Made by a program: the position numbers and the translations under genes. From an uncultured Campylobacter sp. (GTDB taxonomy: Bacteria; Campylobacterota; Campylobacteria; Campylobacterales; Campylobacteraceae): DNA of 64,000 nt. Shown one piece after another: positions 39,916-49,517 of the stretch; position 1 is the first letter of the stretch, and the number at the start of each line of letters is the position of its first letter. The notes beneath the pieces were generated by a model. It had not been told where the DNA came from. It made no database searches and worked only from the letters and a program-made list of their open reading frames with translations. The stretch covers positions 8,335 to 72,334 of the forward strand of contig NZ_CALBWL010000051.1 in assembly GCF_937973075.1 (NCBI RefSeq), given 5' to 3'.

Positions 39916-40830
39916 TTAAATTCCGCCGATGATTTCGCGCGCTTGCGCGATGCTTAGGGCATTGCGACTTAGTTCGCTAGGCTCGCCAAACCCCCAGCAT
40001 ACCTGCAAATACTCAAGTTTTGCGCCTTTTAGATCTGCCAAGTTTGCCTGAAAATATCGCGCTGCCGCAGCTCGTGCGCTTTCCGTCGCTTCTGCTTTTG
40101 TGGAAATTTTAGCGCCTTTAAAGCTTAGCGTTGCCGCTCCGTCAGCACCTGTGTCGTTAGGGCGGATTTTTTCATCCGCGTTAAGATTTTCGCCGCAAGA
40201 GCTTAAGCTTCCGCTGCTAGCGCTGAAATTCTTTCTACTAGTGTCACGGCTGGCATTTAAGCTCTCGCCGTCATTGCCGCCTTGAAATTCTAAATTTTGT
40301 AAAAATTCCGCGCCACGGAGTGCGGCTAGCTCATCTTTTTTGCTATCGCCCAAAAAAATCGCGTTTTTGTGCGGCGAGCGCGCGATTACGTGTAGCAGCA
40401 TCGCAGGGTTGGGCTTTGAGGGCATCTGCTCGTCCGCGCCTACGACCAGATCAAATAGCCTGCGCACGCCCGTTTTTTCTAAGATCGCGCTTAGGGTATA
40501 GGAAGGTGCATTGGAAGCGACTGCGAGAAAAAATCCTGCTTTTTTGCACGAGTGCAAAAGATCTTCGATACCCTCGTAAAGCACGGCAAAATCGCGGTAA
40601 TTGCTTACAAATTCCTTCTCGAAAAAAGCAAGCTCTTCGGCGCTCGCTTCGGTTTTGCCGTAAAATTCCAAAAAGGCGTTTTGGCTTGGATCGTTGATGG
40701 TGTGGACGATGAAATTCTTTTGTAGCGGCGCTAGGCCGTAGAGCTCGCGGCGAGTGTTATTGACGCTGATTTCGATCGCGCTCGAGGAGTCAAGCAGCGT
40801 GCCATCCATATCAAAAATCACGGTTTTCAT
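39916..40830 (-). CDS. HAD-superfamily hydrolase (phosphoglycolate-phosphatase-like) with an insertion of about 97 aa
   Basis: Motif I FDMDGTLLDS, motif II VASNAP and motif III GDSKKD. A low-complexity segment lies between GDSKKDELAALRGA and YLQVCWGFG. Confidence 0.75.
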   Translation of the reverse strand: MKTVIFDMDGTLLDSSSAIEISVNNTRRELYGLAPLQKNFIVHTINDPSQNAFLEFYGKTEASAEELAFFEKEFVSNYRDFAVLYEGIEDLLHSCKKAGFFLAVASNAPSYTLSAILEKTGVRRLFDLVVGADEQMPSKPNPAMLLHVIARSPHKNAIFLGDSKKDELAALRGAEFLQNLEFQGGNDGESLNASRDTSRKNFSASSGSLSSCGENLNADEKIRPNDTGADGAATLSFKGAKISTKAEATESARAAAARYFQANLADLKGAKLEYLQVCWGFGEPSELSRNALSIAQAREIIGGI

Positions 40831-41187
40831 CTAATAATCCTTTAAAAAATCGATTTTATGCTTGTCTTTTTTGTAACTTTTATTGTTTTTGAGCTTTTGC
40901 AAGGCGTTTGCTTCATGCTGCAGCGCCGATCTAAACACAGCATCGCTGATCTGTCCTGCCTCGCTAGCATCAAGGACGTTTTTGGCAAAGCTTTCAAGCG
41001 CTTTGGTGTAGGGACTATCGAGATTTACAGCGGCCGCTTTAGATAAAATTTCGTAGTTTTTAGCTATTCGCTTCGCAAAAAGCTCTGCGTCGAAATCCTC
41101 GCGCTTTAGCAGCACTACGGCGGATTTTACAAAGCGTTCTAATGCGCGGATATATTTAACGCGCTCATCTTTTTCTCTGATTTGCAT
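40831..41187 (-). CDS. Hypothetical helical protein (118 aa)
   Basis: Abuts the HAD gene start on the same strand. No family recognised. Confidence 0.5.
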   Translation of the reverse strand: MQIREKDERVKYIRALERFVKSAVVLLKREDFDAELFAKRIAKNYEILSKAAAVNLDSPYTKALESFAKNVLDASEAGQISDAVFRSALQHEANALQKLKNNKSYKKDKHKIDFLKDY

Positions 41188-41325
41188 GATCTTTCCTTAA
41201 TTAAAGCGCGCATTATAGCAAAATTCGAAATTTTGGCAAAATTGCGCATATTGTAAAACTATATTTTAATAATGTTTTTTCTATAAATCCCTTGTTATAG
41301 GCATTTTAAAATCATATAAAAATAC

Positions 41326-41354
41326 TTGACTTTATTTTAAAATTTCGCTATTAT
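41326..41354 (+). promoter_or_regulatory. Candidate sigma70-type promoter of the metY-rrf2-cysK operon
   Basis: TTGACT, a 17-nt spacer, then TATTAT, about 30 nt upstream of the metY ATG. Confidence 0.4.
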
Positions 41355-41381
41355 TCGCCAAATTTTTTACAAAGGACAAAA

Positions 41382-42653
41382 ATGCAAAAAGAAACCCTCG
41401 CAACTCATTTTGGTTACGACTCCGTCGCCGGCTACGGCACGATGGCAGTTCCCATTTATCAAAGCACCGCGTTTAACTTCGGTTCTAGCAAAAAGGCCGC
41501 CGATCGCTTCGCGCTGCGTGATCTAGGGCCAATTTATGGGCGTTTGACAAATCCTACTACTGATGTTTTTGAGGCGAGACTTGCGGCGCTGGAAAACGGT
41601 AAAGCCGCCATCGCGGTCTCTAGCGGGCAGGCGGCGATATTTTTTGCGGTGGCAAATTTAGCCGCAGCGGGCGAAAATATTATCATCGCCGAGAAAATTT
41701 ACGGCGGCGCAACTACGCTTTTGGCGCATACGATCAAGCGTTTCGGTATCGAAGCTAGGGTTTTTGACTCCGAAACGGCGGATAATTTGGAAGGTTTAAT
41801 CGATGATAAGACTAGAGCGATCTTTTTTGAGACGCTTTCAAATCCTCAAATTTCGGTCGCAAATACCACTAAAATCGCTACAATCGCAAATAAGCACGGC
41901 GTAGTAACGATTGCGGATAACACGATCCCAAGCCCTGCGCTTTACAATCCGCTTGATGACGGCGCCGATGTCGTAATCCACAGCGCTAGCAAATATATAA
42001 GCGGGCAGGGGCTTAGCATCGCAGGCGCGATCGTTTCGGGCAAGGGATTAAATTCCAAACTCAAAGGCAATCCGCGTTACGCACATTTCAACGAACCTGA
42101 TGAGAGCTACCACGGCTTAGTTTATGCGGATTTAGTAGATAATTTTGATATTTACACGCTTAGGATTCGCCTATCCTTGCTTCGCGATATTGGTGCAACT
42201 CTATCGCCGTTTAACGCGTTTCAGCTCATCCAGGGACTTGAAACACTGCCGCTTCGCATGCAAAAACACTCGCAAAACGCGCTAAAAATAGCAGAATTTT
42301 TACAAAATCATCCGAAGGTAAAGCAGGTCAATTATCCGGGGCTTGCAAGCTCGCCGTTTAATGCCGCAATCAAAGCAAAATTTAAAAACGGCTATGCAAG
42401 CAGTCTGATGAGTTTCATCGTAGATAGCGAAGAAACAGCGCTAAAGGCGGTTAGTAAGGTTAAAATTTTCTCCGTCGTAGCAAATATTGGCGATACGAAG
42501 TCGATCATCACTCATCCTGCGAGCACGACGCATTCGCAGCTAAACGAGGAGCAGCTAAACCGCGCTGGCGTGCCTACGAGCTTAATCCGCCTAAGCGTGG
42601 GTATAGAGGACGCGAATGATTTGATTTCCGATCTTAGTGAGGCACTGAAATAA
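41382..42653 (+). CDS. metY: O-acetylhomoserine sulfhydrylase (Cys/Met-metabolism PLP enzyme)
   Basis: 423 aa. YGRLTNPT and HSASKYISGQG (PLP lysine region). Typical MetY/CysD-family length. Confidence 0.88.
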   Translation: MQKETLATHFGYDSVAGYGTMAVPIYQSTAFNFGSSKKAADRFALRDLGPIYGRLTNPTTDVFEARLAALENGKAAIAVSSGQAAIFFAVANLAAAGENIIIAEKIYGGATTLLAHTIKRFGIEARVFDSETADNLEGLIDDKTRAIFFETLSNPQISVANTTKIATIANKHGVVTIADNTIPSPALYNPLDDGADVVIHSASKYISGQGLSIAGAIVSGKGLNSKLKGNPRYAHFNEPDESYHGLVYADLVDNFDIYTLRIRLSLLRDIGATLSPFNAFQLIQGLETLPLRMQKHSQNALKIAEFLQNHPKVKQVNYPGLASSPFNAAIKAKFKNGYASSLMSFIVDSEETALKAVSKVKIFSVVANIGDTKSIITHPASTTHSQLNEEQLNRAGVPTSLIRLSVGIEDANDLISDLSEALK

Positions 42654-43066
42654 TGGCACTTTTAAGCACAAAGGGCGTTTATGGGCTGGCTGCGATTTTG
42701 CAGATCGCCAAAGCTAGCGAAGTAGCGCCGATAAGTATAAAAGAGATCGCCGAGCGTACGGGAGTTTCTAAGAATTATTTGGAGCAAATTCTAAATACCC
42801 TTAGAAACGAAAAGCTAGTGTGTAGCATCAAAGGTAAAAACGGCGGCTATCACCTAGCCAGAGATGCTAGCGAGATTACTTTCGGTGAAATTTTTACCGC
42901 TCTTGAAAAGGATCTGCGGATGACTAGCATTCAGATGAGTGATCCCGGACTGCGGGCGTTTTTTGAGAAATTTGACGTCAAGCTGGCAGATATATTTAAC
43001 GAGCCTCTAAGCAGCTACGAGGAGATGATGGCGCGAAGCGTCCAGTATTTAAATTTCAGCATTTAA
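42653..43066 (+). CDS. Rrf2-family transcriptional regulator
   Basis: 137 aa. MALLSTKGVYGL..ISIKEIAERTGVSKNYLEQIL is the Rrf2 winged-HTH. TAATG overlap with metY. Confidence 0.85.
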   Translation: MALLSTKGVYGLAAILQIAKASEVAPISIKEIAERTGVSKNYLEQILNTLRNEKLVCSIKGKNGGYHLARDASEITFGEIFTALEKDLRMTSIQMSDPGLRAFFEKFDVKLADIFNEPLSSYEEMMARSVQYLNFSI

Positions 43067-43075
43067 AGGAAAAAT

Positions 43076-43990
43076 ATGAAAATAGCAAACGATGTTACGG
43101 AGCTCATCGGCAATACTCCGTTAGTCAGAATCAATACGTTTGGCAAAAATGCCCTCATCCTAGCCAAGGCGGAATTTTTAAACCCAAGCCACTCGGTCAA
43201 GGATCGCATCGCATGGCAGATCGTAAAAGACGCGCTAAGCTCAGGCAAAATCGATAAAAATAGCGTTTTGATAGAGCCTACCAGCGGAAACACGGGTGTG
43301 GGGCTTGCGATGATCGCAGCAAAGCTCGGTATGAAGCTCATTCTAACGATGCCAAGCTCGATGAGTATCGAGCGCCAAAAGCTCATAGCCGCATTCGGGG
43401 CTAAAATCGAGCTGACCGATCCAAAATTTGGAATGAAAGGCGCGGTAGATAGGGCAAATGAGCTAGCGGCGAACACTCCAAATAGCTTTATCCCGAGCCA
43501 GTTTGATAACCCGAGCAATCCAAAGGCGCATTTTCAAAGCACTGGACCTGAAATTTGGGAGCAAAGCGGCGGCAAGGTAGATATTTTAGTCGCGGGATTT
43601 GGTACCGGCGGCACGCTCAGCGGTACGGCGAAATTTTTAAAATCTAAAAATCCAAATCTCAAAGCCTACGGCGTGGAGCCTGCTAGCTCGCCGCTTCTTA
43701 CGTGCGGTAGTGCGGGCGGCCATAAGATCCAGGGCATCGGCGCAAATTTTATCCCTGATAATCTTGATAGAAGCGTCATCGACGGCTTTTTGAGCGTTGA
43801 GAACGACGATGCGTTCGCCGCGGCTAGACAGCTGGCACAAAAAGAGGGCTTGCTCGTGGGCATCTCAAGCGGTGCGAACGTTTATGCTGCCGCTCAGATC
43901 GCCGCCAAGCCCGAAAACAAGGGCAAAGTGATCGTTACGATCCTCTGCGATACCGGCGAGAGGTATCTTTCTACCGAGCTTTTTAAATAG
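43076..43990 (+). CDS. cysK: Cysteine synthase A (O-acetylserine sulfhydrylase)
   Basis: 304 aa. PLP lysine motif NPSHSVKDR, TSGNTG and GTGGT. Confidence 0.93.
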   Translation: MKIANDVTELIGNTPLVRINTFGKNALILAKAEFLNPSHSVKDRIAWQIVKDALSSGKIDKNSVLIEPTSGNTGVGLAMIAAKLGMKLILTMPSSMSIERQKLIAAFGAKIELTDPKFGMKGAVDRANELAANTPNSFIPSQFDNPSNPKAHFQSTGPEIWEQSGGKVDILVAGFGTGGTLSGTAKFLKSKNPNLKAYGVEPASSPLLTCGSAGGHKIQGIGANFIPDNLDRSVIDGFLSVENDDAFAAARQLAQKEGLLVGISSGANVYAAAQIAAKPENKGKVIVTILCDTGERYLSTELFK

Positions 43991-44020
43991 ACAGCAGTTT
44001 TGCGCCAGTGCGACGTTAGC

Positions 44021-44154
44021 GCGGTAACTTTTACGCATTTTACGCGGGCGCGTAGCTTAGCGCGATTAAATTTTACGCAGGTGCGCAGCTTTGCGCGATT
44101 AAATTTCACGCTGGCGCCGGAATTGGCGCGATGAGTTTTACGCGATCGCGCGTG
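44021..44154. repeat. Degenerate 33-bp tandem repeat, about 4 copies
   Basis: TTTTACGCGGGCGCGTAGCTTAGCGCGATTAAA, then TTTTACGCAGGTGCGCAGCTTTGCGCGATTAAA, then TTTCACGCTGGCGCCGGAATTGGCGCGATGAG, then TTTTACGCGATCGCGCGTG. Confidence 0.8.
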
Positions 44155-44726
44155 TTATTGCGACGATTGCGCGACTATATTTTATATTTTTCGCGTTGCG
44201 TAGGCGCGAGATTAATACGATAGTTTCTGCGCAGGCGAGGCGATAGTCACGATGGTTACGCGATGGGTTTATGTGAGCATCGTGATTTTGCACTTTATCG
44301 ATTTTGCGTTTATTGATTTGCTAATTTGGCGGCTCGTCGCCCGCCGCGAGATAAAATTTAGCCCCAAAATAGGGCTAAATTTTAAAATTTCGCCTCGCTC
44401 ACAGACAATAATTTTTGGGCGCGCTATGTATGACGGCGCGATCGCGCAGCGCAAGGCATTAAATTTAAAGCCGCCAAGCTCGCTAAATCTGCGCGATCTA
44501 TTCTTGCCGCAAAATTTTATATCGCTAGCTCGCGCGCGGCATAAAATTTTTAAAATTCTACTGAAATTTTAAAGCTCGCTGTGGGCCGCAAATTTCAAGC
44601 TCTCACCGCGCATAAATTTCAAATCCTCGCCGTATGTAAAACCCAAACCGCTCTTTAAATTTAGCCGAATTTAAAAATTTAATCATAAAAACGCTATCAT
44701 CGGTGCAAAATTTTTAAGGTTGCAAA

Positions 44727-45923
44727 ATGAGTTTGAGCTTGAAATTTCGCCCCAAAAGCTTAGAGCAGATCGTGGGGCAGGGCAAGATCGTAGCGGTTTT
44801 TAAAAAATTCGTCGCCGCAGGCAGCATCCCGCACAGCATATTTTTCGGCGCCGCAGGCAGCGGCAAAACGACGATGGCGCGCGTGATCGCAAGCGAGCTG
44901 AACTACGATTTTTACGAGCTTGACGCCACGAGCCTGAAGGTCGAGGATATCCGCAAAATTCTATCCTCGCACGCCGGCTCGCTCATCAAGCCGCTCATTT
45001 TCATCGACGAGATCCACCGCCTCAGCAAGACGCAGCAGGAGGTGCTGCTCATCCCGATGGAGAACTACGCCGCGATCATCATCGGCGCGACTACGGAAAA
45101 TCCGCAGTTCGTGCTAAGCAGCGGCATCCGCTCGCGCTCGATGATCTTTGAGTTCGAGCCGCTTAGCTACGAGGATTTGGAGGCGCTTTTGGCGCGGGTG
45201 CAGGGCGAGATCGGCTTTGAGATGGACGAAGAGGCGCGAAAATACCTGCTAAACTCCAGCAGCGGCGATGCGAGGAGTATGTTAAATTTGCTCGAATTTG
45301 CGCTTTTAGCAGATAGCGCCATTACGCTGGATACGCTTCGTACGCTGCGCGCAAATGCCGTCGCTGCAGGCGTTAGCAGCGACGATCTGCATTATGAGCT
45401 TGCTAGCGCGATGATAAAAAGCCTGCGCGGCAGCGACGCCGACGCCGCGCTGTATTACGTCGCGAGGCTGATAGATGCGGGCGAGAGCGCGGATTTTATC
45501 GCGCGCAGGATGGTGATCCTAGCTAGCGAGGATATCGGCAATGCCAATCCAAACGCCCTGAATATCGCTACTAGCACGCTAACTGCCGTCAGCAAGATCG
45601 GCTACCCCGAGGCTCGCATTATCTTAGGGCAATGCGCGATCTATCTGGCGCACAGCCCCAAATCAAACGCCGCGTATTTGGGCATCAACGCCGCTTTGAA
45701 GTTCGTCCGCTCCGCTGCACCGTTGCCTACGCCGCGCTATCTCGTCAACTCCGACAAGCAGATCGCAGACTACAAATACCCGCACGACTTCGGCGGCTGG
45801 GTCGAGCAGGCCTATATGAGCGAGGCGGCGAAATTTTACGAAAGCAAGGGGATCGGTTTTGAAAAGACGCTGGATGAGTGGCTGGCGCGATTGCGCAAAG
45901 AAAAGATCAATATCAAGGAGTGA
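44727..45923 (+). CDS. rarA: Replication-associated recombination protein A (AAA+ ATPase)
   Basis: 398 aa. Walker A GAAGSGKTT, Walker B IFIDEIHR and the C-terminal MgsA domain (SGDARSMLN, DLHYEL..KSLRGSD). Confidence 0.92.
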   Translation: MSLSLKFRPKSLEQIVGQGKIVAVFKKFVAAGSIPHSIFFGAAGSGKTTMARVIASELNYDFYELDATSLKVEDIRKILSSHAGSLIKPLIFIDEIHRLSKTQQEVLLIPMENYAAIIIGATTENPQFVLSSGIRSRSMIFEFEPLSYEDLEALLARVQGEIGFEMDEEARKYLLNSSSGDARSMLNLLEFALLADSAITLDTLRTLRANAVAAGVSSDDLHYELASAMIKSLRGSDADAALYYVARLIDAGESADFIARRMVILASEDIGNANPNALNIATSTLTAVSKIGYPEARIILGQCAIYLAHSPKSNAAYLGINAALKFVRSAAPLPTPRYLVNSDKQIADYKYPHDFGGWVEQAYMSEAAKFYESKGIGFEKTLDEWLARLRKEKINIKE

Positions 45924-45925
45924 GA

Positions 45926-46282
45926 ATGAACTTCAGCAGCGTCCTAAAACTAATGAAGCAGCGCTACGACGCGGATGGCGAGTATCTGTGGGATGAATAT
46001 CCCAATTTTGCGGTTTTTCGTCACGCAGGAGGGAAGCGCAAGTGGTTTGCACTTCTGATGCGCGGGCTTGCAAACGAAAAGCTCGGTCGCGCACTTCCTG
46101 GCTCAAGCGACGTGATAAATTTAAAAGTTTCGCCCGATTTGGCGGCAATTTTGCGTGACGAAAAAGGAATTTTTGCAGCCTATCATATGAATAAAAAGCA
46201 CTGGATCAGCGTCTGCCTTGATGCGGTGCCGCGCGAACAGATCGAGGATCTAATCGAGCATAGTAGGGAGCTTACGAGGTAG
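45926..46282 (+). CDS. MmcQ/YjbR-family protein
   Basis: I placed the start at MNFSSVLK, which follows AAGGAG. KWFALLM..NLKVSP..YHMNKKHWISV is typical of YjbR. Confidence 0.8.
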   Translation: MNFSSVLKLMKQRYDADGEYLWDEYPNFAVFRHAGGKRKWFALLMRGLANEKLGRALPGSSDVINLKVSPDLAAILRDEKGIFAAYHMNKKHWISVCLDAVPREQIEDLIEHSRELTR

Positions 46283-46398
46283 AATTTGCGCCTGGGCTCG
46301 GTTTAAATTTGCGTGCGAAAGAGGCTAAATTTGAACCGAGAGCGCAGATTTTAGCGGCTCGTGAGGCTTAAATTTAAAAATATTCGCAAGGAGCGCGG

Positions 46399-47417
46399 AT
46401 GAATGAGCAAAATTTAAAATATATCGCAAATTTAAAAGTGCAGGACGTGCCGTGGAGCAGGCTCACGACCGCTTACGGCAGGGCGAGCGGATTTCCCAAA
46501 ATTTTTGAGAAACTCGCACGGGCAATCGAAGCTTGTGATGCGGCGCGCGGCTTGGGCGGCGAGCAAAATTTAAAAAGCAAGCCCGGAGCAGGGCAAAATT
46601 TAAAAAGCAAGTCCGGTTGCGGGAAAAATTCTACGGATGCGACAAGATGCGGCGCGGCGCAAAATTCCATAAATTTAGCGCAAAAGAGCGAGTCCAAATT
46701 TCAAAAGGCGGATAACGAGGCTGCGAAATTTAAAGCGGGTGGAGAGACGGAGCTTAAAACGGGCACGGCGAAGTGCGGCGAGGCGGAATCTAAGAGTGCG
46801 GATGGCGCGGCGATAAAATTTAAAGCGAGCCAGGCGAGTAAATTTAAAACGAGCGCGGCGGATAAGAGCTCGGATGCGAGCGAGCGGGAAAAATTTGACG
46901 CCAAGGCCCTTCAGAACGCGCTTGATAAGATTTTTAACGAGATAGAACATCAAAGTACGCTTTGGCACGAACCCCTTTTGCGCTGCTGTTTTTGGCGCGC
47001 ATCTTTATGCAGGCGCGCGCTGCGGCGGACAAAAACGCGAATAAAAATAATCAAAACGCTGCGGCAGACGAAATCGGTGGAAATAATCAGAATGCGGCGG
47101 ATAGAAATGCGGATAAAAGCCGGCAAAATGATGCAGCGGGCTTTATCGCGGCTCGGCTCGGCGGATTTTTTGCGTTTGTGATTGAGATTTGCGATGATGC
47201 CGATAAGATCTCGCACGCAGCGCCGCTGGCGAGGTTTTCGGATATGCTTGCGGAAAAATATCTGTGGCCGCAGAGCGACGAGAATGACGAGGAGCGCTGG
47301 GAGGAGTATTTTTACGACGATGAGCTATTTTACAGCCTCTATTTTTATTCGCGGGCGGTTTTGGACGCGACGGGAGTGGACTTTGCGCAGTTTAAGCCTG
47401 GGTCGGGTGGCGTTTAA
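46399..47417 (+). pseudogene. Hypothetical gene with a low-complexity core, split by a frameshift
   Basis: ORF 46399-47181 reads plausibly to ..NEIEHQSTLWH and then becomes Arg-rich nonsense. ORF 46962-47417 continues plausibly (TPFALLFLARIF...YFYDDELFYSLYFYSRAVL). The junction is at the C/T runs at 46972-46979. Confidence 0.5.
46564..46616 (+). repeat. Direct repeat with 30-bp period (GQNLKSK units)
   Basis: CAAAATTTAAAAAGCAAGCCCGG at 46564 and CAAAATTTAAAAAGCAAGTCCGG at 46594, with one mismatch. Confidence 0.8.
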
Positions 47418-47663
47418 GGCTACCGCCGCCTCGCCCCTTGGCTCTAAATTTACGGAGACGCGGCGCGTTTTGACGGCGCTTTGTTTAAATTTAGACTTCA
47501 AAATTTTAAAATTTCGCCCAAAAGTCGCGGTAGACGGAATTCGCAGATCGTCTTTTAAATTTAAAATTCGCGCGATTTTTGATCGGCGGTATGATTAAGG
47601 CGCCGGTAGCACTTTTAAATTTAGATCGCCGCGAAGCTTCAAACCCGCTTGCGGCAGAGCTTT

Positions 47664-47864
47664 TTATGTGGTTTTAAAAAGATACCAATTCGGCGCAATT
47701 TTTTCTATCATTATAAACTCGCTAGGACTAATTTGCGGCAGATCCGCCTCGTCTTGCACCCGCAAAAAGCCCATGGAGTTACCCGCCGATGAGCAGCATT
47801 AAATTTTTTGCATTGTTACCGTATAAATTCCAGAATTTATACGCTACTTCGATGCTTTCAGATT
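47664..47864 (-). pseudogene. Short frameshifted gene remnant
   Basis: The minus strand reads MLDKSESIEVAYKFWNLYGNNAKNLMLLIGG, then a stop. The adjacent frame continues NSMGFLRVQDEADLPQISPSEFIMIEKIAPNWYLFKTT. Both pieces are below the ORF cutoff. Confidence 0.25.
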
Positions 47865-47942
47865 TATCTAGCATTTCGCCACATAAATCTCAGAAATTTC
47901 ATATCGACGTAAAATTCTACATCGTCACGTAAGCTAGCGGCG

Positions 47943-48578
47943 TTACATAAAATTTATATTCAAAAGCCTATCTCTAACCTCGATATCCTCCAGGTTTAGA
48001 TCGAGTTCATCTTTTAAATATTTTTCTAAATTTTTTCGTTCAAAATCGCTTAACATCGCAAGTGGGATACTGACGAATACCCCATTTTCGCCGTCTAAAA
48101 ATATCAAGACATATAAATTTATACTTTTTATCCTACCCCTTAGCCGCAAAATGGCAAAGCATATCAAATCCATCAAATACAATATCCACGAAAAAGCCAT
48201 TAAAATAAGCTTTTTAAAGGTGCCAATATTTTTATCATAGCTAAATTCTTCTACCGCAAAATCTACGAATTTATAAATCGCTACCTTATCAATACGCGCT
48301 ATGTCGATAGATTTTTTTGTAACTATCGTTTCTTGATAGTTTGCAGAGGATTTGTTATATTCTATTCTGCCGGGATAGAAGCTTAAAAATTTGTTTTTAT
48401 TTATCCCCAAAAGGCCTATTAAGGTTAAAATCCAAACTCCAACCCAGTAATGCCAGTGAATACCCCTAGTGACGAGTTCAAAAAGAATCATGGTGATGGA
48501 CGAAGTAGCGCCCAGATCGATATAAATCCTGATCCAATAATCTTTGATTATAAAAAGTGGCATTTGCTCTTTTTGCAT
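47943..48578 (-). CDS. Hypothetical membrane protein in a markedly AT-rich gene
   Basis: 211 aa with about four hydrophobic segments. By eye the GC content is far below that of neighbouring hemC. No family recognised. Confidence 0.6.
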   Translation of the reverse strand: MQKEQMPLFIIKDYWIRIYIDLGATSSITMILFELVTRGIHWHYWVGVWILTLIGLLGINKNKFLSFYPGRIEYNKSSANYQETIVTKKSIDIARIDKVAIYKFVDFAVEEFSYDKNIGTFKKLILMAFSWILYLMDLICFAILRLRGRIKSINLYVLIFLDGENGVFVSIPLAMLSDFERKNLEKYLKDELDLNLEDIEVRDRLLNINFM

Positions 48579-48587
48579 TAGGGCTTC

Positions 48588-49517
48588 TTATAGGCTCGCC
48601 ATCTCTTCAGCGCGCGCGAGAAGCTGCTTTGCGCCCTTTTCGATAAAAACGCGTGCAAGCTCCGCACCTACGCTTTGGTATTGAGATTTTTGTGCGACGA
48701 TGCTTTGGTGGATGCTCTCGCTGCCGTCAGGTAGGCCCACTATCGCGCTGATGTGGATATTTTCGCCCTCAAGGCGCGCGTTGATGCCGATAGGAACCTG
48801 GCAGCCGCCCTCCAAAACCCTGACGAAATCCCGTTCCACGGTCGTTTCGATAATCGCGCGTTCATCTTTTAAAAATTCTATCGCGCGTAGAATTTGCGGC
48901 TCGTCCACCGCCTCGATGCCGAGCGCTCCTTGCCCCATAGCTGGGATCATCTGCGAGATTTCAAAGGGCGCTACGTGCTTTACCTCGGCGCGCAAATTTA
49001 ATCGGTTGATGCCCGCCATCGCTAAGATGATCGCGTCGAATTCCCCGTCTTTTAGCCTTCGCAGGCGGGTTTGGACGTTGCCGCGCAAGGATATAACCTC
49101 TAAATCGGGGCGCATGCTAAGCAGCTGCATCTTGCGGCGAAGGCTCGTGGTACCGACTTTTGCGCCGCGAGGTAGTTCGCCGAATTTAGAGTATTTTTCG
49201 CTGATCATCGCATCGCGCACATCCTCGCGCGCGCAGATCGCCGCTAGCACTAGCCCCTGCGGAAACTCCACGGGCACGTCTTTTAGGCTATGCACTGCGA
49301 TGTGTGCTTCGCCGCGAAGCATACTCTCCTCAAGTTCCTTCGTAAAAAGCCCCTTGCCGCCAATCTTTGCAAGCGGCGTGTCTAAAATTTTATCGCCTTT
49401 GGTTTTCATGCTTTTTAGCTGCGCTTGGATGCCGCGGGCGTTAAGCAGCGATGCGATGTGCTCGCTCTGCCATAGTGCAAGCACGCTGCCGCGCGTAGCG
49501 ATGATCAAATTTTTCAT
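48588..49517 (-). CDS. hemC: Hydroxymethylbilane synthase (porphobilinogen deaminase)
   Basis: 309 aa. [20 protein letters not shown] and GTSSLRR-type motifs. Confidence 0.95.
   Translation of the reverse strand: MKNLIIATRGSVLALWQSEHIASLLNARGIQAQLKSMKTKGDKILDTPLAKIGGKGLFTKELEESMLRGEAHIAVHSLKDVPVEFPQGLVLAAICAREDVRDAMISEKYSKFGELPRGAKVGTTSLRRKMQLLSMRPDLEVISLRGNVQTRLRRLKDGEFDAIILAMAGINRLNLRAEVKHVAPFEISQMIPAMGQGALGIEAVDEPQILRAIEFLKDERAIIETTVERDFVRVLEGGCQVPIGINARLEGENIHISAIVGLPDGSESIHQSIVAQKSQYQSVGAELARVFIEKGAKQLLARAEEMASL

Noticed and set aside
43063-43518. A 151-aa minus-strand ORF.
   Set aside because: It is antisense to cysK, whose PLP motifs are clear on the plus strand.
44021-44154. Whether the 33-bp repeats, and the 52-bp repeats at 39337-39440, are CRISPR arrays.
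   Set aside because: The copies are contiguous with no unique spacers, they are degenerate, and no cas genes are nearby.
47182-47598. A 138-aa plus-strand ORF, plus minus-strand ORFs at 46473-47216.
   Set aside because: These are out-of-frame or antisense readings of the split gene at 46399-47417, with Arg-rich nonsense composition.
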